Source of the DNA: Bacteroidota bacterium
GTDB lineage: Bacteria > Bacteroidota > Bacteroidia > Chitinophagales > JADIYW01
Length of the DNA stretch: 60,472 bases
Direction of reading: 5' to 3'
NCBI GenBank assembly: GCA_039797705.1
Contig: JBDKHK010000023.1
Coordinates: 1 to 60,472 of the forward strand
Part shown: positions 23,276 to 33,591 of the stretch, piece by piece
Layout of the letters: each line of letters begins with the position of its first letter
How positions within the stretch are numbered: the first letter of the stretch is position 1
The notes under the pieces: generated by a model
What the model was told of the DNA's origin: nothing
What the model saw: the letters and a program-made list of their open reading frames with translations, nothing else
The model's database searches: none
Position numbers and translations under genes: made by a program

Positions 23276-25642
23276 ATGTCAGTATTGAATAATATAGGAG
23301 GAGTCGTTTTAAAACCAATAATTAAAGAGTTAAGCCGAGCAAGACTTCCCAAATTAAATGGACAAATCAGTGTTGAAGGATTAAAGGAAGAAGTAGAAAT
23401 AATACGAGATGAGTGGGGCGTAGCACATATTTATGCAAAAAACATGAATGATTTATTGTTTGCACAAGGATTTACTCATGCACAAGATCGCTTATTTCAA
23501 ATGGAATTAAACCGAAAAGTAGCCCGTGGGAATTTGAGTGAAATCATAGGAATTAAAGCATTGGATACCGACAGGATTGCCCGAACCATGGGCTATGAGC
23601 GAGTGGCTAAAGAAGATTGGGAACTCTTAGGAGCAGAAGAACAACGATTAATTATTGATTATTGCAATGGAATTAACGCTTATATAAAATGTCCTGATTT
23701 TAAACTTCCAGTAGAGTTTACTTTGTTAAAACATCAACCCGACCCATGGACACCGATGGATGTAGCTTCTTTTAGCAGGTTGCTTATTTCATTACTAACC
23801 TGGGGATGGTATGATGAAATTATTCGTGCGAAATTAATTGAAGCAGTAGGAGCAGACGCTGCAGCAGAATTAGATAATACTTACCCAAAAGAGAACCCAG
23901 TTACCCTTCCAAAAGGCATTGAATTTAATATGCTGGATATTTCAGGAAAATTTGAATCAATGAGAGGACCTTACATGCCTCAAATTAGTGGGAGTAACGC
24001 ATGGACGGTGAGTGGCAATAAAACAAAAACAGGAAAGCCGTTTTTATGCAATGACCCTCATCTTACTTTAAAAAACCCGAATATATGGTATATGAATCAT
24101 TTGCACTGTCCGGAATTGCATACAAGTGGCGTTTCTGCGCCGGCATTGCCAATGGTGCTTATCGGGCATAATGATAAAATAGGCTGGGGAATTACACTGT
24201 CTTTTACAGATATTGAAGATGTGTTTGTAGAAAAATTTACAGATGATACCTGTACTGCTTATATACACGAAGGAAAATTGATGGATACGAATATCATCGA
24301 GGAAAAAATTTTTATCAAAGATGAAAAAATGCCACATATAGAAAAAGTATATGAAACCGTACATGGCACACTTATTTCCGATGTTGCCGGAAATTCTAAT
24401 ATGAAACTTACTTTGTGCTCCATGGCGTATAGACCAGGGCAGTCGCTCAAAGGGTGGTTTCTACTAAATAAAGCAAAAAATTGGAATGATTTTGTAGAAG
24501 GAGTAAAACATATTACTGCACCAGGGTTAAATATTGTATATGCAGATGTGAACAGCAATATTGGTTATTATAATTCAGGGAAAGTACCGATAAGAAATAA
24601 AGAAACTGCTTCGGTACCACAACCAGGTTGGTTGAGTGAAAATGATTGGAAAGATTTTGTTCCTTTTGAGGAAATGCCACATGTTTTAAATCCGGAAAAA
24701 GGATATGTAATTACGGCAAATCATAAAATTGAACCAGACGATTTTCCTTATTTTTTGGGAGATATTTATATGAATGGTTATCGTGCGCATCGCTTAGATG
24801 AAATGATTCGAAGAAAGGAAAAATTAGAACCAAAAGATTTTACCGATATGCAAATGGATTTTTATTGCACACCGGGGAAATTATTTGCTGCGCATTATAA
24901 AAACATAAAAATGGATACGGTGGAATTGCAACAGTATTTGGATAAATTGTTAGCGTGGGATGGCGTTTTGGATGCTGAGCGAATAGAAGGAAGTTTGTAT
25001 AAAGTAACCAAATTGATGGTGGTGAAAAAATTATTTTCGTCTTCTATTAAAGATTTAAAATTGGTAGATGAATTATTAGGGCATGGATTTCATGCAGTCT
25101 TTGGACCTGTAAATGCCTATCTTGGGCATAATACACCTATTTTATTGAGAATCTTGGACAATGAAGCATCTCTTTGGTTGCGTGCCGCTGGTGGAAAAGA
25201 AAAATTATTGAAAGACGGATTGAAAAGTGCGATTGATTGGCTGAAATTAAATTATGGAACAAAGCCTTCAAAATGGAAATGGGGAACTTTGCATGCCATT
25301 GTTTTCCCTCATGCACTGAGCGCACAACCACCATTGGACAAAGTATTTGATATTGGGCCTTATCCGATTGGAGGCGATACGGACACGCCTTTCCAAACAT
25401 TTATCATGTCGGCAGAAGGATATGGAGGTGAGCTTTCCGCACCGTCTTATCGTCAGATAATAGATTTTTCTGATTTTGATAAATCAACGGTGGTAATGCC
25501 TTTGGGAAATTCAGGAAATATGGCAAGTCCATATTATAAAAATCAATTAAACGATTGGTTTGAAGGAAAACATTTTCCAATGTGTTGGACACGTGAGAAA
25601 GTGGAGCAACATAAGAAACATCGACTTGTTTTGAGGAATTAG
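23276..25642 (+). CDS. Penicillin acylase family (S45) Ntn hydrolase
   Basis: IIRDEWGVAHI, AQDRLFQM, GSNAW nucleophile, NDPHL, TANH. Confidence 0.93.
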   Translation: MSVLNNIGGVVLKPIIKELSRARLPKLNGQISVEGLKEEVEIIRDEWGVAHIYAKNMNDLLFAQGFTHAQDRLFQMELNRKVARGNLSEIIGIKALDTDRIARTMGYERVAKEDWELLGAEEQRLIIDYCNGINAYIKCPDFKLPVEFTLLKHQPDPWTPMDVASFSRLLISLLTWGWYDEIIRAKLIEAVGADAAAELDNTYPKENPVTLPKGIEFNMLDISGKFESMRGPYMPQISGSNAWTVSGNKTKTGKPFLCNDPHLTLKNPNIWYMNHLHCPELHTSGVSAPALPMVLIGHNDKIGWGITLSFTDIEDVFVEKFTDDTCTAYIHEGKLMDTNIIEEKIFIKDEKMPHIEKVYETVHGTLISDVAGNSNMKLTLCSMAYRPGQSLKGWFLLNKAKNWNDFVEGVKHITAPGLNIVYADVNSNIGYYNSGKVPIRNKETASVPQPGWLSENDWKDFVPFEEMPHVLNPEKGYVITANHKIEPDDFPYFLGDIYMNGYRAHRLDEMIRRKEKLEPKDFTDMQMDFYCTPGKLFAAHYKNIKMDTVELQQYLDKLLAWDGVLDAERIEGSLYKVTKLMVVKKLFSSSIKDLKLVDELLGHGFHAVFGPVNAYLGHNTPILLRILDNEASLWLRAAGGKEKLLKDGLKSAIDWLKLNYGTKPSKWKWGTLHAIVFPHALSAQPPLDKVFDIGPYPIGGDTDTPFQTFIMSAEGYGGELSAPSYRQIIDFSDFDKSTVVMPLGNSGNMASPYYKNQLNDWFEGKHFPMCWTREKVEQHKKHRLVLRN

Positions 25643-25690
25643 TTATTAGTTATTAGTTATTTGGAAATTAATCCACAATGACTAATGACT
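25639..25690. repeat. Heptamer tract TTAGTTA x3 with counter-arm AATGACT x2
   Basis: Direct reading: 25639-25659 and 25677-25690. Confidence 0.55.
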
Positions 25691-25740
25691 TTCACTCTCA
25701 CTTTAATAAAACAAGCTGTATCTTTAATAATAAATACAAT

Positions 25741-26685
25741 ATGTCGTTTCATCTTTATAACCCATTAGATTTTAATGATCCGGTAGCGTATGCAGTACCG
25801 GGATTTGTTTTATTAATAGTTACAGAATTTTTTCTATATTATAAAAAAAAGCATATTATTGATGAAAAATATTATAAAGATGTTGCAGCAAGTCTTGGAT
25901 TGGGTATAGGTTCTACTGTTATTGATTTGGCGATGAAAGCCATTGCAATAGGGTATTTGTTGTGGTTTTATCAATTCAGAATTTTTAAAAATATCGGTCC
26001 TGAAAACATGCAGGAATTGGCTACTTGGCAATGGCATAAAACACATTGGTATGTTTGGCTGGTATTGTTTTTTGTCCAAGATTTTATGTTTTATTGGTAT
26101 CATCGGTTGGCGCATGAAATCAGGATTTTGTGGGCAGCGCATGTCAATCATCACTCTTCGGAGTATATGCATTTTTCTACGGCACTGCGCCAAAGTTGGC
26201 TCGAACTTTTATTTAAAGATGCTTTTTATATTCCATTGGCATTAATCGGTTTTCATCCCATTATGATTATCACCATGCATCAATTGAATTTGATTTATCA
26301 ATTTTTACCGCATACAGAAAGTATTAGGCGAATGCCCCGCTGGTTTGAATTTATTTTTAATACTCCTGCACATCATCGGGTACATCATTCGAGCGAAGTA
26401 CGTTATTTGGATAAAAATTATGCGGGCATTTTAATTATTTGGGATAGAATTTTTGGAACGTTTAAAGAAGAAGACAGCAGTGCATTTCCGGTGTATGGAA
26501 TTACCACTAATATTCACACGAATAATTTATTAAAGATTACTTTTCATGAAGTTGTCAATGTATTGAACGATGTGAAACGCGCACCAGATTTAAAATCAAA
26601 ACTCAATTATATTTTTCAATCGCCCGGCTGGAGCCATGATGGCGAAGACCAAAGAGCCAAGACCTTGCAGAAGGATTTGGAATAA
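25741..26685 (+). CDS. Sterol desaturase / fatty acid hydroxylase family di-iron membrane enzyme (alkylglycerol monooxygenase-like)
   Basis: His boxes YWYHRLAH, HVNHHSS, HHRVHH; NYAGILIIWDRIFGTF; ATG at 25741 preferred. Confidence 0.9.
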   Translation: MSFHLYNPLDFNDPVAYAVPGFVLLIVTEFFLYYKKKHIIDEKYYKDVAASLGLGIGSTVIDLAMKAIAIGYLLWFYQFRIFKNIGPENMQELATWQWHKTHWYVWLVLFFVQDFMFYWYHRLAHEIRILWAAHVNHHSSEYMHFSTALRQSWLELLFKDAFYIPLALIGFHPIMIITMHQLNLIYQFLPHTESIRRMPRWFEFIFNTPAHHRVHHSSEVRYLDKNYAGILIIWDRIFGTFKEEDSSAFPVYGITTNIHTNNLLKITFHEVVNVLNDVKRAPDLKSKLNYIFQSPGWSHDGEDQRAKTLQKDLE

Positions 26686-26780
26686 AAAATAGTCAATAAT
26701 TTTGTTGTCTTATTTCCATTTTTTTGATACTTAATATTGTCTCTAGTAGTAATTTCTTCGATATTTTAAAATGTTTTAAT

Positions 26781-26817
26781 TTATCGCAGAGTCCCTTGCA
26801 GGAGACTCTGCTGATAA
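26781..26817. repeat. REP-like GC-rich palindrome
   Basis: TTATC-GCAGAGTC...GACTCTGC-TGATAA inverted repeat inside a segment flanked by 19-bp direct repeats. Confidence 0.55.
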
Positions 26818-26829
26818 TTAAGGATTTGG

Positions 26830-26867
26830 AATAAAAAAGCCGAACAATTTTGTTCGGCTTTTTTATT
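26830..26867. terminator. Bidirectional intrinsic terminator between the desaturase gene and clpC
   Basis: AATAAAAAAGCCGAACA-ATTT-TGTTCGGCTTTTTTATT perfect inverted repeat. Confidence 0.9.
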
Positions 26868-26868
26868 A

Positions 26869-27085
26869 ATCGTTCATCGTTCATTGTCAATCGTTCGTCG
26901 TTCATCGTTAATTGTCAATCGTTCATCGTTCATCGTTAATTGTCAATCGTTCATCGTTCATCGTTAATTGTCAATCGTTCATCGTTCATCGTTCATCGTT
27001 CATCGTTCATCGTTCATCGTTAATTGTCAATCGTTCATCGTTCATCGTTAATTGTCAATCGTTCATCGTTCATCATTCATTGTCA
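26869..27085. repeat. Tandem array of 31 heptamers (ATCGTTC / ATCGTTA / ATTGTCA) with a 28-bp higher-order unit
   Basis: Counted directly: 217 bp in uninterrupted 7-nt phase. Confidence 0.97.
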
Positions 27086-27086
27086 A

Positions 27087-29678
27087 TCAATTCTGTTCTT
27101 CTTTTGCTTTTTTAGATTTAGATTTCTTTTTAATTTCAAATTTTAATTTGTCTTTTGCTTCTGTATCTAAATCGGCAACAATAGTATCTCCTTCGTTGAC
27201 ATTGGAATTAAGAATTTCTTCCGCTAACGGGTCTTCTACATATTTTTGAATAGCCCTGTGCAATGGACGTGCTCCAAATTGTGGATCGTATCCTTTTTCT
27301 GAAAGAAAATCTTTAGCAGCAGTGGTTAGTTCTATTGAATATCCCAATGTTTCTAATCTGCTGAAAACGCTGGATAGAACAATATCTATGATTTTATAAA
27401 TTTCTTCTTTTCCAAGGCTGTTGAATACAATCACATCATCAATACGATTTAAAAATTCGGGAGAGAATGTTTTTTGCAAAGCCTTTTGAATAACGCCTTT
27501 AGCCAAGTTATCGGCATTCTCTTTTATAGAAGAAGTGGAAAACCCAACTCCTGTTCCAAAATCTTTTAATTGACGCACGCCAATATTGGAAGTCATAATG
27601 ATAACAGAGTTTTTAAAATCTATTTTTCTGCCCAATCCATCTGTCAGAATTCCATCATCCAATACTTGCAATAAAATATTGTAAACATCGGGGTGTGCTT
27701 TTTCGATTTCATCTAATAAAATAACAGAGTATGGTTTTCTACGCACCTTTTCTGTTAATTGTCCGCCTTCTTCATATCCAACATATCCTGGAGGCGCTCC
27801 GATTAATCGAGAGATGGAAAATTTTTCCATGTATTCACTCATATCTATTCGAATCAACGCATCTTCTGTGTCAAACATGTATCTTGCCAAAGCTCGAGCT
27901 AACTCTGTTTTCCCAACACCCGTAGGTCCTAAGAAAATAAATGTACCGATTGGCTTTTTGGGGTCTTTTAATCCAACACGATTTCGTTGAATGGCTTTAG
28001 TGATTTTAGAAACGGCTTCATCTTGCCCGATAACTTGTTTTTTCAAATCATCCGACATAGAAACTAATTTCTTGCTTTCGCTTTGAGCCACTCGTTTTAC
28101 CGGAATACCGGTCATCATGGCTACCACTTCGGCGATGTCTTCATCGGTTACCGGAAAGCGTTTTGTTTTAGCATCTTCTTCCCAGTCTTTTTTTGCTTGT
28201 TCTAATTGCTCTTGCAATTTTTTCTCCGAATCGCGCAAGCGAGCTGCTTCTTCGTAGCGTTGGTTTTTTACTACTTGATTTTTTTCGTCTTTTACCTTCT
28301 CAATTTCTATTTCTAATTGAGTAATATTTTCTGGAACATGAATGTTTTTTAAATGCACTCGTGCGCCCACTTCATCTAAAACATCAATTGCCTTATCGGG
28401 TAAGAATCGATCGGTAATATATCGAGTACTCAATTGAACACATGCTTTTATGGCATCTTCGCTATACGTTACGCTGTGATAGTCTTCGTATTTGCTTTTT
28501 AAATTATTTAAAATAATTAATGTTTCTTCGGGTGTTGGTGGGTCAATAATTACTTTTTGAAAACGTCTGTCCAACGCACCATCTTTTTCAATGTATTGAC
28601 GGTATTCGTCTAAAGTAGATGCACCAATACATTGCAATTCGCCCCGTGCCAAAGCTGGTTTAAAGATATTAGAAGCATCCAAAGAACCCGTAGCACCGCC
28701 GGCGCCCACCATCGTATGGATTTCATCTATAAATAAAATAACATCTCTGTTTTTTTCTAATTCTGTCATGATGGCTTTCATGCGTTCCTCGAATTGACCA
28801 CGATATTTAGTGCCGGCTACCAAGGCGGCTAAATCTAAAGAAACGACTCGTTTGTCGAATAAAACACGAGACACTTTTCGTTGGATAATTCTTAGTGCCA
28901 ATCCTTCTACGATGGCTGTTTTTCCTACGCCAGGTTCACCAATTAAAATTGGATTATTTTTCTTTCTTCTGGATAAAATTTGAGACACCCGCTCAATTTC
29001 AGTTTCACGACCTACGATAGGGTCGAGTTTCCCTTCTTCTGCTAAACGTGTGATGTCTCTACCAAAATTATCTAATACTGGTGTGTTAGATTTTACAGCC
29101 GACTTTTTGGCAGTTGCTTGTCCGCTATTTCCGATATTTTGTCCTCCATATCCTTTGCGTTCGTCCTCCTCTCCATCGTCAAATGGTTCATTGGGCAATT
29201 CAGACGTTAAATCTTGAAATTCTTCTTTAGTAGTACTATCGTTTTGCATAAATTCTAATTCTGCTCTAAATACTTCGTATGTTACATCCCATTTACTCAA
29301 TAATTGAGTAACAATATTTTCTTTATTTTTAAGAATAGATAAAAGTAAATGTTCTGTGCCTACGGTGTCTTGTTTCATAGACTTTGCTTCCAATAATGCA
29401 ATTTTCAAAACTTTTTCTGCTTGCTTTGTTAATGGTAGGCTGTTTATGTTTCCTAAAATTGTAGTGACTCTATCTTTAATAGCATCTTCTACTTTTTTTC
29501 GGAATAATGCAATGTCAATATCTAATGAACGTAATACTTTTATTGCTAAGCCATCTCCTTCACGGATTAAGCCTAACAGTAAGTGTTCCACGCCTATTTG
29601 ATCGTGCTTTAAACGTATTGCTTCTTCTCGACTATACGAGATAACTTCTTTGACTTTTGGTGAAAATTTTGCTTCCAT
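27087..29678 (-). CDS. clpC: ATP-dependent Clp protease ATP-binding subunit ClpC
   Basis: Clp-N repeats, two AAA+ modules ([16 protein letters not shown]), UVR motif [12 protein letters not shown] loop. Confidence 0.95.
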   Translation of the reverse strand: MEAKFSPKVKEVISYSREEAIRLKHDQIGVEHLLLGLIREGDGLAIKVLRSLDIDIALFRKKVEDAIKDRVTTILGNINSLPLTKQAEKVLKIALLEAKSMKQDTVGTEHLLLSILKNKENIVTQLLSKWDVTYEVFRAELEFMQNDSTTKEEFQDLTSELPNEPFDDGEEDERKGYGGQNIGNSGQATAKKSAVKSNTPVLDNFGRDITRLAEEGKLDPIVGRETEIERVSQILSRRKKNNPILIGEPGVGKTAIVEGLALRIIQRKVSRVLFDKRVVSLDLAALVAGTKYRGQFEERMKAIMTELEKNRDVILFIDEIHTMVGAGGATGSLDASNIFKPALARGELQCIGASTLDEYRQYIEKDGALDRRFQKVIIDPPTPEETLIILNNLKSKYEDYHSVTYSEDAIKACVQLSTRYITDRFLPDKAIDVLDEVGARVHLKNIHVPENITQLEIEIEKVKDEKNQVVKNQRYEEAARLRDSEKKLQEQLEQAKKDWEEDAKTKRFPVTDEDIAEVVAMMTGIPVKRVAQSESKKLVSMSDDLKKQVIGQDEAVSKITKAIQRNRVGLKDPKKPIGTFIFLGPTGVGKTELARALARYMFDTEDALIRIDMSEYMEKFSISRLIGAPPGYVGYEEGGQLTEKVRRKPYSVILLDEIEKAHPDVYNILLQVLDDGILTDGLGRKIDFKNSVIIMTSNIGVRQLKDFGTGVGFSTSSIKENADNLAKGVIQKALQKTFSPEFLNRIDDVIVFNSLGKEEIYKIIDIVLSSVFSRLETLGYSIELTTAAKDFLSEKGYDPQFGARPLHRAIQKYVEDPLAEEILNSNVNEGDTIVADLDTEAKDKLKFEIKKKSKSKKAKEEQN

Positions 29679-29925
29679 ATATTGTAATTCACAAATTAGC
29701 TGCCAACTTCAAAAACCTGACAGAGTTACTTATTCTAAAAATAGAACGCTTTTTTTACTTTTTTATATTTTTTTTGCACAATTGGTATATATCCCGTTAA
29801 TATTAACAAAAATTGAGTAAAAAAGATTTTAATGCGATTTGAATTAGAATAATGTACTAATTTTAGATAATAAGTTCTATTTTTGACAATAGAAAATTTA
29901 GTAACACTGATAGAAATTTAGAAAT

Positions 29926-30279
29926 ATGAAATTTAGCGTTGATAAACAAGAAGGTGTAGTGATTTATGAATTACTGGAAGAGAAATTAACTTCGGTTAAT
30001 GCGCCGACTCTTAAGTCAGAATTAGTATTGGCAAATACAGAAGGATTTAAAAATATCGTAGTTGATTTAAGCAAAGTTAAGTTTGTAGATTCATCTGGAT
30101 TAAGTGCATTGCTAACGGGACACCGTTTGTGTAAAGAAGAAAAAGGGATTTTTGCTTTATGTGGCATTAACGATATGGTGAAAAGCCTTATTAAAATTTC
30201 TCAATTGGAAGATGTATTGCACGTGTATTCCACACAAACAGATGCTGTTGATGCGATAAATAATAAGAAAAAAAAGTAA
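29926..30279 (+). CDS. STAS domain protein (anti-sigma factor antagonist)
   Basis: VVDLSKVKFVDSSGLSAL. Confidence 0.9.
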   Translation: MKFSVDKQEGVVIYELLEEKLTSVNAPTLKSELVLANTEGFKNIVVDLSKVKFVDSSGLSALLTGHRLCKEEKGIFALCGINDMVKSLIKISQLEDVLHVYSTQTDAVDAINNKKKK

Positions 30280-30280
30280 A

Positions 30281-30358
30281 TAGTTATTAGTAAAAGTAAG
30301 TAGTTATTAGGCATTGATTTTTTTAATTATTAACTAATAACCAATATCGAATAACCTT
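30281..30358. repeat. Two-armed heptamer tract (TAGTTAT... / TAACTAA TAACCAA TATCGAA TAACCTT) just before rnz
   Basis: Complementary arms; second arm ends 4 nt before the TTG start. Confidence 0.55.
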
Positions 30359-30362
30359 ATTC

Positions 30363-31274
30363 TTGAGTTTTGAAATCACCATATTAGGCAGCAACTCTGC
30401 ACTCTTTAACCATGGAAGGCATCCAACAGCGCAGGTAGTAATTATTCGGAACAGACATTTTTTAATAGATTGTGGCGAAGGTACGCAAGAGCGTATGCGC
30501 GAACACGATGTAAAGTGGTTTAAAATAGAATATATTTTTATCTCACATCTTCACGGCGACCATTATTTTGGATTAATAGGATTAATTACAACTTTTAATT
30601 TATTGAAACGAACGGAAAAACTAACTATTTTCGGCCCGAAAGAATTAAAAAAAATAATAGACATTCAATTAAAAGCAAGTAATACTATTTTAAATTTTCC
30701 ATTTAAATTTATTGCAACTAAAGACGATTCCAAAAATCTGATTTTAGATATTCCTGAATGTACAGTATATTCATTTCCTTTGTTGCATAAAGTACCCACT
30801 ACCGGATTTTTATTGGTTGAAAAAATGGAACCAAGGCAGTTGGATTTAGAAAAAATAAAAAAATATTCTATTGCCAAAGAAGATTATAAATTATTGGTGC
30901 AAGGGCAGGATGTAACAGATGCCAACGGGAAGAAAATAAAGAACAGTGCCGTAACTATCAAAGGCAGACAGCCACATTCGTATGCTTTTTGCTCCGATAC
31001 GGCCTATCATTTGCCGATGGTTCCGTTTGTAAAAAATGTAGAATTGTTATACCACGAAGCCACCTTTTTGGAGCAAGATATTCAGCGTGCAAATGTAACC
31101 TTACACTCTACCGCTAAACAGGCGGCTTTGATAGCTAAAAAAGCAAAAGCCAAGCAATTATTACTCGGTCATTTTTCTTCGAGGTATATGGATTTGACTG
31201 TTTTTGAAAATGAAGCGAAAACAGTTTTTGAAAATGTTACATTAGCATTAGAGGGTACAACCTTCAAGGTGTAG
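30363..31274 (+). CDS. rnz: Ribonuclease Z
   Basis: DCGEGTQ, HLHGDH, SDT, HEAT, HST, HFSSRY; TTG start. Confidence 0.95.
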   Translation: MSFEITILGSNSALFNHGRHPTAQVVIIRNRHFLIDCGEGTQERMREHDVKWFKIEYIFISHLHGDHYFGLIGLITTFNLLKRTEKLTIFGPKELKKIIDIQLKASNTILNFPFKFIATKDDSKNLILDIPECTVYSFPLLHKVPTTGFLLVEKMEPRQLDLEKIKKYSIAKEDYKLLVQGQDVTDANGKKIKNSAVTIKGRQPHSYAFCSDTAYHLPMVPFVKNVELLYHEATFLEQDIQRANVTLHSTAKQAALIAKKAKAKQLLLGHFSSRYMDLTVFENEAKTVFENVTLALEGTTFKV

Positions 31275-31285
31275 TTGAATTCCTG

Positions 31286-32641
31286 CTATCGTTTTTTCAA
31301 CCCTAAACTTTCCATTTTTTCTTCTAATTGTTTTTTGGAAAGCCCAATATCATCGGCAGTTTTACTGATACTCCAGTTGTTTTTATCTAATTTGTTTTCA
31401 ATAAAACTACGCTCTACATAATCGTTCAATTGTTGTAGATTGGCAAATTTATCAAAGTCAATTCCTTTGTTTTCTGCTTTTGTACTCGGGCCTGAATAAT
31501 CAATTACATCTTGTTTGGTAATAGATTTATTACTCATGATAATTAAACGCTCCACCACATTGCGCAGCTCGCGAATATTCCCTGTCCAGTTTCTTGCTTG
31601 CAAAGTTTCTATTGCATCGTTGTCTATCTTTTTTACAGGAATTCCATATTCGCCGCAAATTTCATTCAAGAAGTGTTCTGCCAAAACAGGAATATCGTCT
31701 TTGCGTTCATTTAACGATGGTACATGAATTAAAATAACACTTAAGCGATGGTACAAATCCAGTCGAAAACGATTTTCTTCTACTTCCTTTAGTAAATCTT
31801 TATTGGTAGCAGCCACCACGCGTACATCTACTTTTTCTTCTTTGTCGCCTCCTACTTTTGTAATTTTATTTTCTTGTAAAGCACGCAATACTTTTGCTTG
31901 CGCCGACAAGCTCATGTCGCCAATTTCATCTAAAAATAATGTACCGCCATTGGCTTGTTCAAATTTCCCTACTCGTTGTTTTATGGCAGAAGTAAAAGCT
32001 CCTTTTTCATGCCCGAATAATTCACTTTCTATCAATTCGGAAGGAATAGCGGCGCAGTTCACTTCTACTAAAGGACCGTTGGCACGGTTGCTTTGTTCGT
32101 GTACCCAGCGAGCTACTAATTCTTTACCAGAACCATTGTCGCCAGTAATTAATACACGCGCTTCGGTTGGGGCAACTTTTGCAATGGTTTCTTTGATGCG
32201 AATAATGGGATTTGATTCTCCGACCATGTCGCGGGATTTTGCAATTTTCTTTTTGAGAATTTTAGTTTCCGTTACTAAGGAAACTTTATCCATGGCGTTG
32301 CGAACGGTAATCAATAATCGATTTAAATCCGGTGGTTTAGGAATGTAATCGAAAGCCCCTTTTTTTACGGCATCTACGGCTGTTTCTATATTCCCATGAC
32401 CTGATAAAACAATTACTGGCGTGTCAATGCCTTTTTGCTGCATATCGGTTAATACTTCTAAGCCATCTTTTTTGGGCATCTTCACATCAAGAATTACTAC
32501 ATCGTAATTATTCTTTTCAATTTTTTCTAAACCAATTTCGCCATCTTCTGCTTCATCGATGTCGTATTTTTCGTATTCTAAAATCTCTTTGAGGGTTCTG
32601 CGTATCGCTTTCTCGTCATCAACAATTAATATTTTTGGCAT
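31286..32641 (-). CDS. Sigma-54-type (NtrC/NtrX-like) response regulator
   Basis: Receiver domain (VDDE, DVKMP); AAA+ with GDNGSGKE, ESELFGHEKGAFTSA, GNIRELRN. Confidence 0.93.
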   Translation of the reverse strand: MPKILIVDDEKAIRRTLKEILEYEKYDIDEAEDGEIGLEKIEKNNYDVVILDVKMPKKDGLEVLTDMQQKGIDTPVIVLSGHGNIETAVDAVKKGAFDYIPKPPDLNRLLITVRNAMDKVSLVTETKILKKKIAKSRDMVGESNPIIRIKETIAKVAPTEARVLITGDNGSGKELVARWVHEQSNRANGPLVEVNCAAIPSELIESELFGHEKGAFTSAIKQRVGKFEQANGGTLFLDEIGDMSLSAQAKVLRALQENKITKVGGDKEEKVDVRVVAATNKDLLKEVEENRFRLDLYHRLSVILIHVPSLNERKDDIPVLAEHFLNEICGEYGIPVKKIDNDAIETLQARNWTGNIRELRNVVERLIIMSNKSITKQDVIDYSGPSTKAENKGIDFDKFANLQQLNDYVERSFIENKLDKNNWSISKTADDIGLSKKQLEEKMESLGLKKR

Positions 32642-32792
32642 GTATTTAAGTCTTAATTCGTAAAATAATAAATGATAAGTAGCAAAATTTATACCACTTT
32701 TCTAGCACGTAAAACTACTAAAATATTAATCAATAATTTTTTATACGACCAGAGCCTATTTTTAGAGTGAAAAAAAAGAGGTAGGTTTGTGT

Positions 32793-33524
32793 ATGAAACA
32801 ATATGGTTTAATTGGATATCCTTTATCTCATTCTTTCTCCAAAGGATATTTTTCTGAAAAATTTTCTAAAGAAAAAATTACTGACAGCAACTACGAAATA
32901 TATCCAATAGAAACTATTCAGCATTTTGAAGCTTTATGTCAATCACATCCTGATTTTATTGGATTAAATGTAACGATTCCTTACAAAGAACAAGTGATTC
33001 CGTTTTTAGATGCGTTGGATGAAGAAGCAAAATCTATTGGTGCTGTGAATACTATAAAATTTGAAAACGATAAAAAAATAGGCTATAATTCTGATTGCTA
33101 TGGTTTTGAAAGGAGTATAAAACCATTTTTGCAAACGCATCATAAAGAAGCATTAATTTTAGGCACAGGTGGTGCTTCTAAAGCAGTGGAATATGTTTTA
33201 AAAAAATTAGGTATTCAGTTTCAATATGTATCGCGTGCTAAATCAGAACGTGCCATTTCATATAATGATTTGAATGAAGAGATTATTCAGAAATCAACTA
33301 TAATTATTAATACTTCGCCTGTTGGAATGTATCCGAATGTTACGGCAGCACCGCCTATTCCTTATGAATTTATTGGTGAAAAACATTTGCTGTACGACTT
33401 AGTGTATAATCCTGAAGAAACCTTGTTTTTAAAAAATGGAAAAACAAAAGGTGCTCAGGTGAAAAATGGATTGGAAATGCTGTATTTACAAGCAGAGCGA
33501 AGTTGGGAGATATGGAATAGTTGA
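32793..33524 (+). CDS. aroE: Shikimate dehydrogenase
   Basis: HSFS, NVTIPYK, GAVNT, GTGGA, DLVYNP, GLEML..QA. Confidence 0.93.
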   Translation: MKQYGLIGYPLSHSFSKGYFSEKFSKEKITDSNYEIYPIETIQHFEALCQSHPDFIGLNVTIPYKEQVIPFLDALDEEAKSIGAVNTIKFENDKKIGYNSDCYGFERSIKPFLQTHHKEALILGTGGASKAVEYVLKKLGIQFQYVSRAKSERAISYNDLNEEIIQKSTIIINTSPVGMYPNVTAAPPIPYEFIGEKHLLYDLVYNPEETLFLKNGKTKGAQVKNGLEMLYLQAERSWEIWNS

Positions 33525-33542
33525 GGGCTGTTTTGAAATCAA

Positions 33543-33581
33543 ATAAAAAAATGTCGGTATTTAGCCGACATTTTTTTTATT
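33543..33581. terminator. Bidirectional terminator between aroE and lon
   Basis: AAAAAAATGTCGG-loop-CCGACATTTTTTT. Confidence 0.88.
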
Positions 33582-33591
33582 CAAAATATAA

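Noticed and set aside
26869-27085. Possible CRISPR array
   Set aside because: Contiguous 7-mers with no unique spacers, and no cas genes in the window
26693-27249. ORFs 26693-26905(-), 26912-27115(+) and 27052-27249(+)
   Set aside because: Translations of the heptamer array and terminator, or antisense to clpC
31286-32641. GAFTSA in place of GAFTGA in the enhancer-binding protein
   Set aside because: A single conservative change; not enough to claim sigma-54 independence
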